Origin: Callorhinchus milii
Taxonomy: Eukaryota
Assembly: GCF_018977255.1 (NCBI RefSeq)
Contig: NW_024704742.1
Span: 92,816,001 to 92,880,000, forward strand
Reading direction: 5' to 3'
Length of the DNA stretch: 64,000 nucleotides
Under the pieces are notes generated by a model. It was not told where the DNA came from and made no database searches. It saw only the letters and a list, made by a program, of their open reading frames with translations. Within the stretch, counting starts at the first letter, position 1. The number at the start of each line of letters is the position of its first letter. Both the position numbers and the translations under genes were made by a program. Below, piece by piece: positions 50,901 through 63,541 of the stretch.

Positions 50901-51550
50901 AGGATGTCATTCATTCTGGGCTGGTGATTATATGTTGCTGGGAAAAACGTCTGAGATCAGTAAAACAAAGTAAAACTCCCAATGCTAAAATCTTAATTAT
51001 GTTAAAATGGGTGGGTGAGGGGATAGTGGAGGGTGCCACACCGAATCACTATTGGAATGTTTCTTAACAAATTGAGTCTATTATGGAATGTATTATGTTG
51101 CAATTAAGGGCATTTGGACCAGCAAATTTAGTTGATGTTTTCAAATACTTCTAATAAATAATGATAATACTTTCATTTTATATAACACCTATAAGTTTGA
51201 AATATCTCAAAGCACAGAGGGAACTGCTGTCAAGTACAGTGGCTATATTTGTAGGGAAATGCCACTTGTTAAAGAAATTGCATAGAATTACATTGAATGT
51301 TTCAGCATTTGGTACACTAGTCCATGTCGGTGTTGACCCACCACCCCTCCTTGTTCCTCTTCTATATGCCTCTACTCCCTTTTCCTTTATGTATGCATTT
51401 TACATTTTTAAAAATAAATCAACGCATATTTCAGTTACTTAACCAGTGAAGTGATTAATGTTCTTGATTGAGCTCGGGTGTGTGAGAAAAGGCCAACATT
51501 TTAACGAGAACTGCAATATTCAGAAACATTTTACAAACTTTTTTTTACAG

Positions 51551-51621
51551 TATCTGGGCTGCATCGAAGTATTACGTTCAATGCGTTCCCTCGATTTCAA
51601 TACGAGAACACAGATTACAAG
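51551..51621 (+). CDS. SHC3: SHC3-like coding exon 2 (PTB domain)
   Basis: Acceptor ttttttttacag|, encodes [23 protein letters not shown](R), donor AG|gtaaga. 71 bp, phase 0 to 2. Confidence 0.96.
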
Positions 51622-53916
51622 GTAAGAAACACTTTGAAACTTTTCTGCAGAGATTTCTTTAAAGTTGTTTTTTTAAATCATGACTATGTTACCAATATTT
51701 GAACCGGTGATGGGGCCAGTCATGATAAGTTTGAACCTCCGAGGGCTTTGCAAATACAGACTGAAAGCATCCGAATGCCCTGCAGGATCTTAATCTTTTA
51801 GACATCTCAATGACCTTCCAATTACTTTCCACAGAGAACCTCTGATTTATTTGCAATATGCTGCTTAAAGGGAATCATGATCAAGTGCCTTGTAAAGTGC
51901 TGCCTGATTTGCAGTAATTCGGAGTTTAGACTAGAAGCCTTGTCACTGGAAAATTAAATTTATGGAAGAGTGTGGCTTACCGAGTGTCATCGGCAGCAGA
52001 AAGCTAAGCTGTATTACAGGAAATGTGAGATTGATTTCCCTCCGTCCCCCCCACCCCACCCCACTGCTTGCCATTGCTTTCTGAAAATGAAAAGGGATGA
52101 AACTTTTCGGAAATACTTGACATGAATATTTACATGAATCAAGTACAGTGGAATTTTTTTTGCCAGATGCAACCCAAGACGTTGGGTAAATCTAACAAAA
52201 CTCCTGGCCCTGATTCAGTTGCATTTTTACCTGTTGTAAATATGCCTGTTAATTCAGACAAAAATCCGGTATATCCGGGCAAAATGCCGCACTAAATGTA
52301 CTCACTTGAGTCTTCTGTGTGTCCGCCACGAGGGACTCTGGGACGTAGATGGGAGGAGTCAAATTGCGATTGACAGACAACGGACTCCAGCCATTCACCT
52401 AAAGCTGGAGTTGGACTGTCAATCAGTGAGGGGGCAGAGAAATAGGGAAGAACGAGGGGGGGAATAGAATTCAAGTGAAACAACATTATTACATATCATT
52501 ATACAGTGTCACTGCAGCTCCTCTGCTGGGTGCGAATGATATTTTAACTAACTTCGGACATTGCTTAAATTGGATAAAATGTCCATCCCCATGCGTCCGC
52601 TTTAACTGGCTTCCACTGTATTTGAATCGAGTTAATGATGTTAATCCTGTGAAAAATTAAAGGACTCAATATTTTGTTCCCTGCTTCCTTCTCCTTGTCT
52701 TTCCCCAGGCCAGTGAGCCAGGCCTGTCCATATTGCAAAAGCCATTGACCACTGTGAGCAGTGGAATGGAACTTGGTTTACATTCTGCCACTTGGCTGAG
52801 ATGAGTTACTAATCAGAGCTTGGGAACTGAACCTGCGATCTTCCTGCTCTGTAGGTTTGCTTGTTGTAGGTTAATCCGGAATCAAGCCATATGTTTGCAA
52901 TTTACAAATTTGCACAACATGGCCCTTTCAGATTAGTTTGGAGTATCAATTCAGTTTGCTGCTGACCCATTGCATGGGAATAAGGATTCAGAATCATAAA
53001 GTGGCAAAACTCTTTGAGGTGAAAAATTAGATGTTCAATATCAAAATTTTACTGGCATTGCTGAAGATTGTGATCCAAACCCATCTTTAACTATCAACAT
53101 GTGTAAACACCTTGCTCCCTATTCCCCACCCCAGCACGATGATTTGGCCCAAAGATTTCAAGAATCCATTTGTTGCTTGTGGTCATGGAGGACAGCAGGA
53201 GAGGTCCATCCACATTAGTACATTAAAGCAAGGGATCACCTTTTAATGATGTCTCAGTCTGAATATAACTTACTGGCGTGTAGTGCACATAACATAAAAT
53301 ACATCTTTGCACTTGTGAATATTATAGTCTTCATCTTTTTATGTTGCATTATCTTATCTTGTTCATTTACACTATTCAAAAAAGAGAATGGAGTTTCTCA
53401 TAGTGTCCTGGCCAATAATCCCCCAGATAAAGATTGGTAATTCGCTTCGCTTTGGGGCATTGCCAAATCTAATCGACGGTATTTCACCTGAAGATGATTG
53501 ATTGGGCCACCTTCTGAAATCTGCACATATTGATAACAATTTTGTATCTCATTTCTGCTGCCTCTGAAATAGTTTCTCAGCATGTGACCAGTGTTGACAC
53601 ATCTATTATCTAGGAATTTGATGCAATTTGGAAACAGACCAGACCACAAGAACGGAAAATAACAACTAGAAAGTCTGTCTAACATCATTAACATAATCGT
53701 CTTCACAAATACAAAGATTTATTTTCCTCTTGCACTCCATGTGGCCTTTTAGTACAGTCCTATAATACAATTTAATAAGTATCCATGCAATACACTCACA
53801 AAAGTATCTTTCTTATCGTATTTGTGTTAGTCGTATGGTACAGTTAGTCTCTATATTGGTCTGTATGTTGTTTGTCCAGAGAAGCCTTGCTAGGTGCAAT
53901 ATCCTTTTCTTTTCAG

Positions 53917-53980
53917 GGAAGCTATCAGTAGAGTATGCGAAGCTGTACCAGGCACAAAAGGAGCTTTTCGAAAAAGAAAG
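53917..53980 (+). CDS. SHC3: SHC3-like coding exon 3 (PTB domain)
   Basis: Acceptor ccttttcttttcag|, encodes (R)[21 protein letters not shown], donor AAG|gtatcc. 64 bp, phase compatible with exon 2. Confidence 0.96.
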
Positions 53981-54416
53981 GTATCCTAAGAATTTTTATT
54001 TTAACATTACATGTTGGTCACACTTTAGTCCTATGGCACTTTACACTTTGAGATTTCCTCTCAACGTGAAAGGTGCTGTATAATGTAAATTGTATCTTAT
54101 GCTATGTACCAGAGTCCCAGAGTCTTGTTATCTCATCCCTTCCCTCACCTATTTCAAAGTCCTTCTCACGACCTTCCTCTTTGACCGCAGCTTCGGTCAT
54201 CTTCCCTTTAAACATCCTTATCGATGTTTAGCCTCCACAGTTTTCTGGGCAGAGCATTCCACGGAAATGGTTTCTGACCTTAGTTCTAACTATCTTTGAT
54301 CTTATTTTAAGGCTATGCCCGCTTGTAATGGTTTCCTCTACTTAAGGGAAGAGTCATCCATTATTTAAGCCATCAATTTCTCTCATTATTTTAAATAGTT
54401 CAATCATATCACATAT

Positions 54417-54682
54417 GTGTCAGCCTGGCTCAATTTTCAGCACTCTTGCCTCTGAGTCAGAAGGTTGTGGGTTCAAGCTCCATGTTGGGACTTGGAACTC
54501 ATATAGTCTAAGCTGACACTCCAATGCAGTGCTTGGGTGTGGTGCAATGTTGGATGGGCTGTCCTTTGGATAAGACATTAAACTGTTAAAGATACCATGG
54601 CACTGCTTGAAACGAGAAGTTTCTCCTGCTGTCCCGGCCAACAATCCTCCAAATAAAAAAAGGTCATTCACTTCATGACTGC
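54417..54682 (+). mobile_element. Deu-domain tRNA-SINE with internal deletion, in SHC3 intron 3
   Basis: gtgtcagcctggctca...gcctctgagtcagaaggttgtgggttcaag...gttaaagataccatggcactg. Confidence 0.9.
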
Positions 54683-54804
54683 AAAGAGAATGCTGTAATT
54701 TGGAAAGTTTAATGATCCACAGAAGTCACAAATACTTTTGTTAGTGTTTTTTCTACAGGCAACACTTTGTTGGAATAATTTTTTTTTATGATTTGCCTTA
54801 ACAG

Positions 54805-54924
54805 CCACCAAGTAAAGCATTGTCTAGCGTACTTGGTAAGAGCAACCTTCAGTTTGCTGGAATGAACATCACTTTGAATATTTCAACCAGCAGTCTCAAC
54901 CTAATGACCCGTGATACTAAACAG
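54805..54924 (+). CDS. SHC3: SHC3-like coding exon 4 (PTB domain)
   Basis: Acceptor ccttaacag|, encodes [40 protein letters not shown], donor CAG|gtaggt. 120 bp. Confidence 0.96.
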
Positions 54925-56711
54925 GTAGGTCGGTAGGATCCTACAGATATCAGCCAGCTTGTGAATGAGTACCATGACAATAACTACAAATGTAATCAAT
55001 CACAATCCTATCTATGTAATACGGCCTTATCCATACATCACAAATCTAATATGTAGCTTGACTTACATATTCAATTGGAGGTTCTGGGTGTATAAGAAAA
55101 TGTCTGATCTGAAGTGTCAATTCAGAATTGTCCAAACATGAGCATTTTCGATTTGTGTGGAAAATTCTAAATTTAACCCGATTTTGTTTTGTGAAGTGTC
55201 TGAATTTAAAAAAACTGTTTAGTGTTGAGCTTACATTTTGTTTGTTGAATGGGCGAACACGCAATCTTCAATGAGGCAGATATGCATCTGGAACAAGGTA
55301 GTTTACTGGGGAGGACAATTAACAACCTTTGGAAGGTCTATCTGACACCTAAAGTAGGGTGGAGGGATGGATCTGCAGCCTTCAGATGGACTTGTGCAGG
55401 ATCAAGTAGTCTAGTAGGAGGAGGATAAGTAGTCTAGAGGCAAGTATGTGCAATCTGGTTCCTGATAATTCTGGTCCTGCAGGTTAATATGCTCTCATTT
55501 ACACATGTAAAACACCAAGCAGGTAAGCTTTATTAGCACAAAGACTGGAACAATCTATTGTCCATGCAGCACCATGTCTGTCTGCTCGGAACTCGTCCCA
55601 CACTGTAGGAGATAGCTCCCTCTAACTGTGTCTCTTTATCTGTGAATCTTTAAGTAACACATTAACATGCTTTACCACAAACACCCCAGAACCTTTCTGC
55701 CTCCTCCCTTGATTTCAGGATTATTGCTATCTTGACCATCAGAGCAGAGCTCCTAACATGGTGAGACCAAAGTGTGGCTGCAGTATTCAATCCTGGATTG
55801 GAATCATTTCAATTAAAAGTTGCACATGAGGCCCAACTTGACACAACAGACTGACATTTATTTACATGAGGTGGGTGATTCAGGCTGGTAGAAATATGAC
55901 TAAAACCCAGTTTTCTGCACAAATGTCATTTTATCTGTCTGCTTGGAGCAGATTATACTGATCCTTGGAAGCTTGCTCTTTACACTTCACCATAACCATC
56001 CTTGGATTGCCTCAATAACCCTGTAAAGGGAACAATCGTGGATCAAAATTGGTATTGAAGTTTGATGCCTGAGTCAGCATCAATGAATAGCAAAGACATT
56101 ATTCCTGTTTATGTCAAATAATACCAGCTGGAGTGGGTGTTTTGCAGTTCAGTGCTCAGGCATGGTGGGTCTTCACAAGGCTATATTTTAATGGACAGAA
56201 TAAAGAGCAACTTCTGTCAACATGGGGGGGCTGAAAGTGTGATGCTAACAACTGGAAGTTGTAAGTCCAGCCAACTATTCACTTTCAGGTCAATTCACGG
56301 TTGAGAAAAGGCAAGTAAACTCAAGATAAAATGTCACAAAGGAAGACACTGACTGAGAAACAGCTTCTGATAACTTCCAGGGCTTTCATCCCATTATATA
56401 CGACTCAAAAAGGCACCCCATGTATGTCAAGCCAAATCACAATACCTCGGCTTTGAGGTACTCTCAGATTGTAGCCAAAGGTTGACGTGATGTGCAGGCA
56501 TTCCCTCCAGAAGATATATTTCACATGGCAAGGAGATTTCTCCAGCAGTAAGGCACCAGTACCACTGCCACTGTCCTGAGGAGAGTGTTTCAAAAATCCT
56601 TATGAGTAACAAACATTAACTAATGCTGATCTTTTCCAGGTAGTGGAAACTGAGGAGATTAAAAAAAATGTTGTTGTCTGCTTAGTGTACCACGATTCTC
56701 CATTATCTTTT

Positions 56712-57005
56712 GTGTTCAGCCTAGCTCCGTTGGTAGCAATGTCACTTCTGGGTCTGGAAATTGTGGATTCAAGCCACAGGAAATTTGAATTCAGTCTAGG
56801 ATGGCACTCTAGTGCACTGCTGGGGAGCACTTCATTGTCGGAGGTGCCATCCTTCAGATGAGACGTTAATCTGAGGTTAATCTGTTCAGGTAACACTTTT
56901 GAAAAAGAGAAGGGAGTTTCACATAAAATTGGTCATCATTTTATAGCCGTTTGTGGCTCATTCCTATGCTAAAAGTAGCTGCCTTGTTTGCCTGCAATAT
57001 ACACA
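56712..57005 (+). mobile_element. Deu-domain tRNA-SINE
   Basis: gttcagcctagctccgttggtagca...gtcggaggtgccatccttcagatgagacgttaa. Confidence 0.85.
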
Positions 57006-58149
57006 GCAAAAAAACCAACTTGCATTTATATAGCACTCCTCATGCAGGGTAACGCCCCAGAGTTATTACAATTCCTGTAACATGTTTTGATATTGAAAGT
57101 GCTTTTTGTATTTTCTTATTTCTTATGAGGTCCTTTCTGAGAGGGTTAGCCGTGGAGAGTAGAAAAAGGGTAATTTTTATCTGGAGATTAGGTATAAGGC
57201 TGAAAGATGCTAAACTCACACCCACCTATCTATTTGTCCTCAGAAACCTCAAACTCCCATTAGAGTCATCCTCCATTTCAAGAATTTATCCTCCTTGGGT
57301 ACTTTTGTTTTAATGACACACCTAGAAAGAAACAAGTAACAATATTATTATCATTATTATGACGTTACTGCTTCTGGGGGGAGAGAATCAGCAAATTCTT
57401 AACAGCGAGATGTTTTCCTGAATTAAATGGAGTAGATTGTGTTAAACCATCTTTTTCACATTTAGCTGGTGGTCATTCAACTTACATTTGTCTAATACTC
57501 ATGATACTAATTGCAATAGAAAAGTTGTCTTCAGGTTAGATACGGGAGAGAAATACCTTTCTCAATATTAATTTCTGTCATGTACTTGTTCCACTGGTTC
57601 CAATTACAGTACTTCAATCCTTTTTTTAAAACATCAAGATTTCAGGTGAACAGAAGCCTCTTTATAATATTATTTTAGAGAAGATATTAAAAGCATGTAA
57701 TGGAGTGTTGTGCTAGGAAGATTGTTCAAAATAAAGGGCTGTATTATAATGAAGAATGTGTTATTGAATATGTTCAGAAAATGCAGTGTTAATAATTGAG
57801 AGAGAGGGTATATTATAGCAGGATACATTATAGAATACTTTATTGAAAAAGGTGAGCTCCCAATGGATGTATTTAAAGCACTTTGAGACTTCCAATGGGA
57901 AATTAGCAAAATAAATGTAAATTGTTGTTGGTAATGGTTTATTACATTGAACAATGCTTAATAGAGATGACTCACTATGTTATACAGAAGGGGGTATTGA
58001 ATAGGGATAAAATCTGTTACAGAGTTGGTTGTGCTATACATAGTGATACTATAGAGAGGATGTATTATAGAGCCATTAGTGACAGAAGCACAAACATTGC
58101 TCGCTAATGTTGACAAGATGGAAGCCATAGTAAATGTCTTGTATTCTAT

Positions 58150-58895
58150 GCCTCTTACCTCCTCAACCTCCTTGGCCTATCCCTCAGACTTACCGAACCA
58201 GTGCCAACGTAGGTATCCAGTTCGACCCACAACTGTCCTTACTTCCCCATATCTGGTCCCTGAACAGGACCGCCTTCCTCCACCTCCCTCACATTTCCTG
58301 CCTCCGACTGTACCTTACCCCAGAAGCAGCAGAAACACTTGTCATGACTCGACTTTTCAAATGCTACTTTGACAGTCTCCCCAGCTCTACCATGCACAGG
58401 ATCCAACTGATCTAAAACTCCACCGCCTGCATACTCAGCCGCACTAAATTCCGTACCTCCATCACACCAGTTCTAACCAGGTTCCACTGGCTCCTTATCC
58501 CCGAATGGATCAATTTTAAGATCCTCACACTCATTTTCAAATCTATGCCTTGGTACCTCCCTACCTCTCCGACCTGCGTACGCCCCAACCCACAACCTAC
58601 TACCTCCACTCGATTGGCTCCGGCCTTCTGCAGTTCCTCATGCCCTCCGTTTCACCACTGGCGGCGGCACTTTCAACCACTACGCCCCAAATCCTGGCAC
58701 ACTCTTCCTCTATCCCTCCGCCTTGCCCCTCCTTTCCCCATTTTCAGATCGAGCCTGAAGACTTTCCTGTTCGACCGTGCCTGCGATCGCTTTCCCCTCC
58801 TCCCTGCTTGACGTAGTGGTCCAACATTGTCAAGCGCTCTGGGATGCTATCCTGCATGAGAGGCGCTATATAAATGCAAGTTATTGTTGTTGTTA
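58150..58895 (+). mobile_element. L2 3' fragment with (GTT)n tail
   Basis: NVGIQFDPQLSLLPHI..., LTPEAAETLV..., SLKTFLFDRA; ends aggcgctatataaatgcaagttattgttgttgtt. Confidence 0.92.
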
Positions 58896-59361
58896 TAGCA
58901 AAATAAAAAGAACCTGGTGCATTTTCCTTTTCCAGCATAGCTTAATAATTCAAAAGAGAATTCAAACTCACTAAAGGTTGGGGAAAAAAATGAGATCATT
59001 GGGATAACCTGTATAAAGCTTACAAAATTAAGAGATTCATTCAGAAAGCAGAAATGTAACTATAAGATTCATCCTGGGAAACAATTGCTATTTGACAGCT
59101 CTTTAAAAGCAACTTTCCATTTTAGGTAACGTTCCCTGATCCGAAAGGATCTGTGATTGTTGGAGAGGTGGTGGAAAGGGAGGGGGATTGTTTAAATATG
59201 ATTGATAATATTAGTTGCTATCTCCTTTGTGTCTACCTCTCGTCACTGCTGATTCAGAATCTCTTCCATTCTGATGTTATTTATCTTCTCTTGGCTTGTA
59301 AGGTCTCTCTTGGGAGAAGCCCTTTGATTAATCGTTTGTGTTTTTGGTTTTGATCCAACAG

Positions 59362-59415
59362 ATTATAGCAAATCATCATATGCAGTCCATTTCCTTTGCA
59401 TCTGGTGGCGATCCG
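59362..59415 (+). CDS. SHC3: SHC3-like coding exon 5 (PTB domain)
   Basis: Acceptor atccaacag|, encodes IIANHHMQSISFASGGDP, donor CCG|gtaaga. 54 bp. The next exon (DxxDYVAYVAKD) was not found in the window. Confidence 0.96.
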
Positions 59416-60330
59416 GTAAGACACAGCTTGATCTTAATGATAGTGTAAGCCAGGATTTATCTCTTATCATGCTAAGAAGAAGTGATGAGCATGACAGCTC
59501 TTATTTCTTATTCAATACGCTTTTTGATTTTGTTTGTATAGAAAGAGGCACTTTTCACATACCCTCCTGATTGACAGCAGCAAATCCTCTCCTGAAGTGA
59601 TTGAAATGCAATGGGCCACAAAGCAATGATAACTTTATGCCTTATTTATTTTGATAAATGGTTTGGTAAGAATGCATCATATTTTTAAAAGAACAGGCAT
59701 AAAACACAGGTTTTTGAAAGCTGTAGTTAAGAACTCATCCCGGCCGGCCTGCATAGTGATGTTCAGTGCTTTAATATTGTCTGCACAGTGATTAAAGATG
59801 GGCAGGCTCCGAAGAAACAAAGTTAAGCTCCTGTCAACTCTGTGGCTCAGGTTCAATTCAGCATTAATAATAAAAATACATTAATCACTGTGCTGATTAC
59901 TGTACTTGAACCTAATTTGGTTTGAAAGGGAATTAGGCAAGTACAGTATCTGGAAAGGAAAAATATAAATGTTATGAGAAAAGACAGGGGAGCATGACTA
60001 AACAGAGACTGCAGAGATTGGCAGGATCTAGTACAACAGGGTGCAATAGCTGGTCAGTGCTTTTTCATTTACTGCACATACATTGCTGGCTGGCTGTGCA
60101 TGTGCAGTTTGCTGGAAATGATGTTGACGTTGCTCTGATGTCCCGCAGTTGGACATTTTTTAACATACTGGCCAACTTGTAAAAGAAGCTAACCAGCTGG
60201 TCTGCAATTTAGATTTTTTTCTTAAATAGATTTTGTGGCCCACACCCCAATTATCCATGGCCAAATTGTAGGAAGTGATGTAAATATGAAGTAGATTGAT
60301 GCGTTTTTTCAGCCTGTCACTAAATCAGCA

Positions 60331-60713
60331 ATAAAAACATAAGTCGCTGGAAATAATCAGAGGTCATGCAGCACCTTCAAAAACATAATAATGATCATTT
60401 GGTCACTCAATCCACAACTGTTTGTGGGACCCAGCTGTGCGCAATTGGCTGCTGCATTTGCCCACAAAATCTACAGTCAATTCTCTTTACAGTATATTAT
60501 GTGAAGTACTTTGAGACGTCTTGAAGACGTGATAAGGCTCTATATCAAATGCAAGGATTATTATTATTATTGTTGTTATCTATAGAGAGAGGAAAGTGGG
60601 TTAACGTTTCAGGTTGATGACCTTTCGTCAGAAACTGCCTGACCTGCTGAGTGTTCCCAGCCACTTCTGTTTTTATTTCAGATTTCCAGCATCTGCAGTA
60701 TTTTGCCTTTTGT
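60331..60713. mobile_element. Fold-back Penelope-type element, interrupted by a SINE 3' half (+ strand, about 60375-60577)
   Basis: Same arms and tail as 21121-21349. Perfect flanking duplication tcactaaatcagca at 60317-60330 and 60714-60727. Confidence 0.85.
60598..60636 (-). ncRNA. Minimal type I hammerhead ribozyme motif (Penelope-type)
   Basis: Minus strand reads AGTTT-CTGACGA-A-AGGT(CATCA)ACCT-GAAA-CGTT-AAC. Confidence 0.65.
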
Positions 60714-61089
60714 TCACTAAATCAGCACTGTGCTGCTGGAAACTGAGTGTTTCTCTCTTTCTTCCTCTCCACACATAGTGGATTACCAGGCATTGTATTT
60801 TCCGCCCAGGAATTAAATGCTGTCTTGACCATAGAATAGAGACACACAATACCTCATTGGTATTGAAGGGATGTGTAGACACAATCCTCATTCACATTGA
60901 AGGAGACAGTAGGCAACTATTGACATAACTCCTCATTCACATTGAAGGGACATGTGCACACAATTATTTTTTGTTAATTACAGGGACTGGGGAAAGAGGG
61001 GGAAGGCAGAGGAACAACACCAGATAAGATAATTGAGTCAATGAAAAGGATAAGCTGGGACAAAGGGCACAAGAGTGCCCACCTTGCTG

Positions 61090-61345
61090 TCCTCCCATCA
61101 AAGTATGAAGCTGCTTGTTAAATAAGTCCAGTGTCCTGGCTTCAACCACACTTCCTGCCAACCTATTTCAGTCATTAATTCCCCTTCAAGTAAAGAAAAA
61201 CTTATTGGTATCTGTCCTGAAATTACCCTATGTCCTCTTGTTCTACTGTCTTGTTGCATCCTAAAGTATTGTTTTGGGTTTACTTTTTCAATCCCATTTA
61301 AAATTTTGTACACCTCTGAGTTGTCTTCTGAATATCCCTAGTTTG
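61090..61345 (-). mobile_element. CR1 3' fragment (second subfamily)
   Basis: Minus-strand peptide VYKILNGIEKVNPKQYFRMQQDSRTRGH, homologous to 47000-47230. Confidence 0.88.
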
Positions 61346-62024
61346 TCTAATTATTGCTCAGCCAACTAGACAACATATAAAACTTTGTAACATGGAATAA
61401 AAATAATAAATTTGATGTCACCTTTAATAGCGAGGAATCATTTTTTGTAATAATTAAACTGATCTGCTTCAAATGACTAACAGCCTTTCTTCCCAAAGAA
61501 AGTGTTACATTTCTATATCTTGGGGTTGGGGAAGGAGCAGAAAGTAATTGCTTGTTTACATCACTAGAACCAGACAAATCCTCAATCCCATGGTTTTGTT
61601 CCTCATGGCTCAATTGTTTTATACCCACAGATTTGACATGCCATTTACTGGTGACTTCCAGACACAATGCTTGAACTGTTAAGATGTGAAAAACAAGATT
61701 CATGTCATCTTATCTCTGCTGTAGTTTTCAGGGGAAATTTAATTTGAGACTATTACCATAGAAAATGTCTTGACGTATACAATCTCCCATTATTTGCACA
61801 GTATTCATCTGTTAATTTGTTTGACCTTTATGGAAGACATGGTATTAACCAACAAAGCCAATGTGATTCATAGATATTAGTGATATTAGTCTTGGAGTCA
61901 TGAAAAATGCCATGACGTCTGGTTACGGCGCAGGAAATATGTTGTCTCCAAGCACACTCCTCTCCTTCACTTGGAGGCACTTCAAGATGCACTGTTCTCA
62001 GGAAAGAGTAAGGGTTCCGGTCGG

Positions 62025-62200
62025 TATAGAGTGTAGGCTGGCACTCCAAAGCAGTACTGGGGAAAACACTTCTTTGCCCTTCAGATGAGACGTTAAACCG
62101 AGACCCCACCTGCCTGTTCAGTTGATCCCTTGGCATGAAAAAGGAAGATAATTTCTCCTGGTGTTCTGGGCAACAATTCTCCAAATAAATTGCTCATTAC
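62025..62200 (+). mobile_element. Deu-domain SINE core fragment
   Basis: ttcagatgagacgttaaaccgagaccccacctgcctgttcag. Confidence 0.85.
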
Positions 62201-62599
62201 ATCAAATTTAATATCCTCTCTTCTTCCTCCCCACTTTCCCCATTTTGGGGCCTTCTACCAGATTTTAAACAGCCTAATCAGATCACCCCTAATCTCAACC
62301 ATTAAAGTCTACCCAAGCTTTCATCCACAGCTAAACCTCTTCAACCAACGGAATAAATTGAGTAAATTGTGACTGAATACCCTCCAAGACAAGTACATTT
62401 ATTGGGACAGTTTTATACTCTAAAGTGACACACAAGTTATTTTTCCTTTCCCACTACCTCAAATAAGGGCATTTAGAAATTGTCTTCATCTGCTCTAAAA
62501 TAAGTATTTCTCATTAGTATTTGTAACATTTTTACCACACATGGTTGTCATTCTCTTGGACTGTACACTGTCCCTTGGCAGAGAGGGGCAGGGTGTGTC

Positions 62600-62750
62600 A
62601 CACTCTTACCCCTCTCCTCCCTGCTTTCCATTGCTCCTGATCCCAACCTCCAACTCGGGTCCAAATCCCTGACTGTCCAGCACCTTGGGACATCCTCGCA
62701 ATGTGAAAGGTATTATACAAATGTAATTTATTGTTGCTGTTGTTGTTGCA
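62600..62750 (+). mobile_element. L2 3'UTR terminus
   Basis: gggtccaaatccctgactgtccagcaccttgggacatcc...aaatgtaatttattgttgctgttgttg; matches 40302-40387. Confidence 0.88.
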
Positions 62751-63225
62751 TCCTCCTGCCTGATCTATGCTACTCTACAGCTGGGCTGCTCGGAGCGAAC
62801 CATTTCTCCTGAGACAAGACAAATTAGCAGCTTCCCATGTACTGCTATAAAACTGCACGGTCCCAGTCTATGGCATTAGCATATTGATTTACTGAAGATT
62901 TTTCATCTTTTTTTGTGAGTCTTACATACACTGAGAAAAAACAAATGACGGGGTAAAATATCCTCCTGTGTCCTGATTGATGACTTCCTGGCTAATTTAG
63001 ATCTATAGACACTGGGGGAGGGTTAAATTAGAGGAGGGGGAACTCTTCCAAGATTTGTGGGGTGGGGGGAATAGGCACCACTGATCACTTCTGACTTGAC
63101 ACCACCTTTGAGTGGAGTTTTCATGAGTTGGTTTGATGTACATGAGGTTCTTTACAAGAGACACATTTTACATCGAAGGGTGTTTTATCTGACACATTCA
63201 TCCTGGGTGTTTTTTTCTATTTCAA

Positions 63226-63541
63226 GCTCAGTGGTTAGAGCACTCGCTTTGCAAGTGAGAGACCTGAGTTCAATTCCAGGCAGGTCAGGGCGAAACCTTG
63301 GGCAAGTTTCCTTACTCCACACAGAGCCTAATAATAATCCCTCCAAAACCCAAAACAATAATAAATTGGTCATTTTCAATCTACGACTGTTTGTGGGACA
63401 TTGCTGTGCGCAATTGGCTGCCGCGTTCGCCCACAAATATACAGTCAGTTCACTTTACAGTGTGTTCTGTGAAGCGCTTTGGGACGTCCTCCCGACGTGA
63501 AAAGCGCTATATCAAATGCAAGGATTATTATTATTATTATA
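63226..63541 (+). mobile_element. Young short tRNA-derived SINE (subfamily A)
   Basis: Near-identical to 16350-16649, with an intact terminal hairpin and (ATT)n tail. Confidence 0.95.

Larger units (their letters stand above)
24237..51550 (+). other. SHC3: SHC3 intron 1 (27.3 kb, GT-AG)
   Basis: Bounded by the exon 1 donor and the exon 2 acceptor; the protein sequence is continuous across it (VTYVLK|YLGCIEV). Confidence 0.9.

Noticed and set aside
52383..52412. Hairpin gactccagc...gctggagtt
   Set aside because: A stem of 8-9 bp is expected by chance in 64 kb, with no supporting RNA family motif.
60840..60966. Three spaced copies of cctcatt(cac/ggt)attgaagg, superficially CRISPR-like
   Set aside because: Vertebrate intron, no cas genes, and the spacers are partly similar to each other (..acacaat). 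This is a degenerate local tandem duplication.
62676..62697. REST/RE1-like motif tccagcaccttgggacat in L2 tails near a neural gene
   Set aside because: Spacer length and right half-site deviate from the canonical TTCAGCACCnnGGACAG, and it is explained as L2 terminal sequence.
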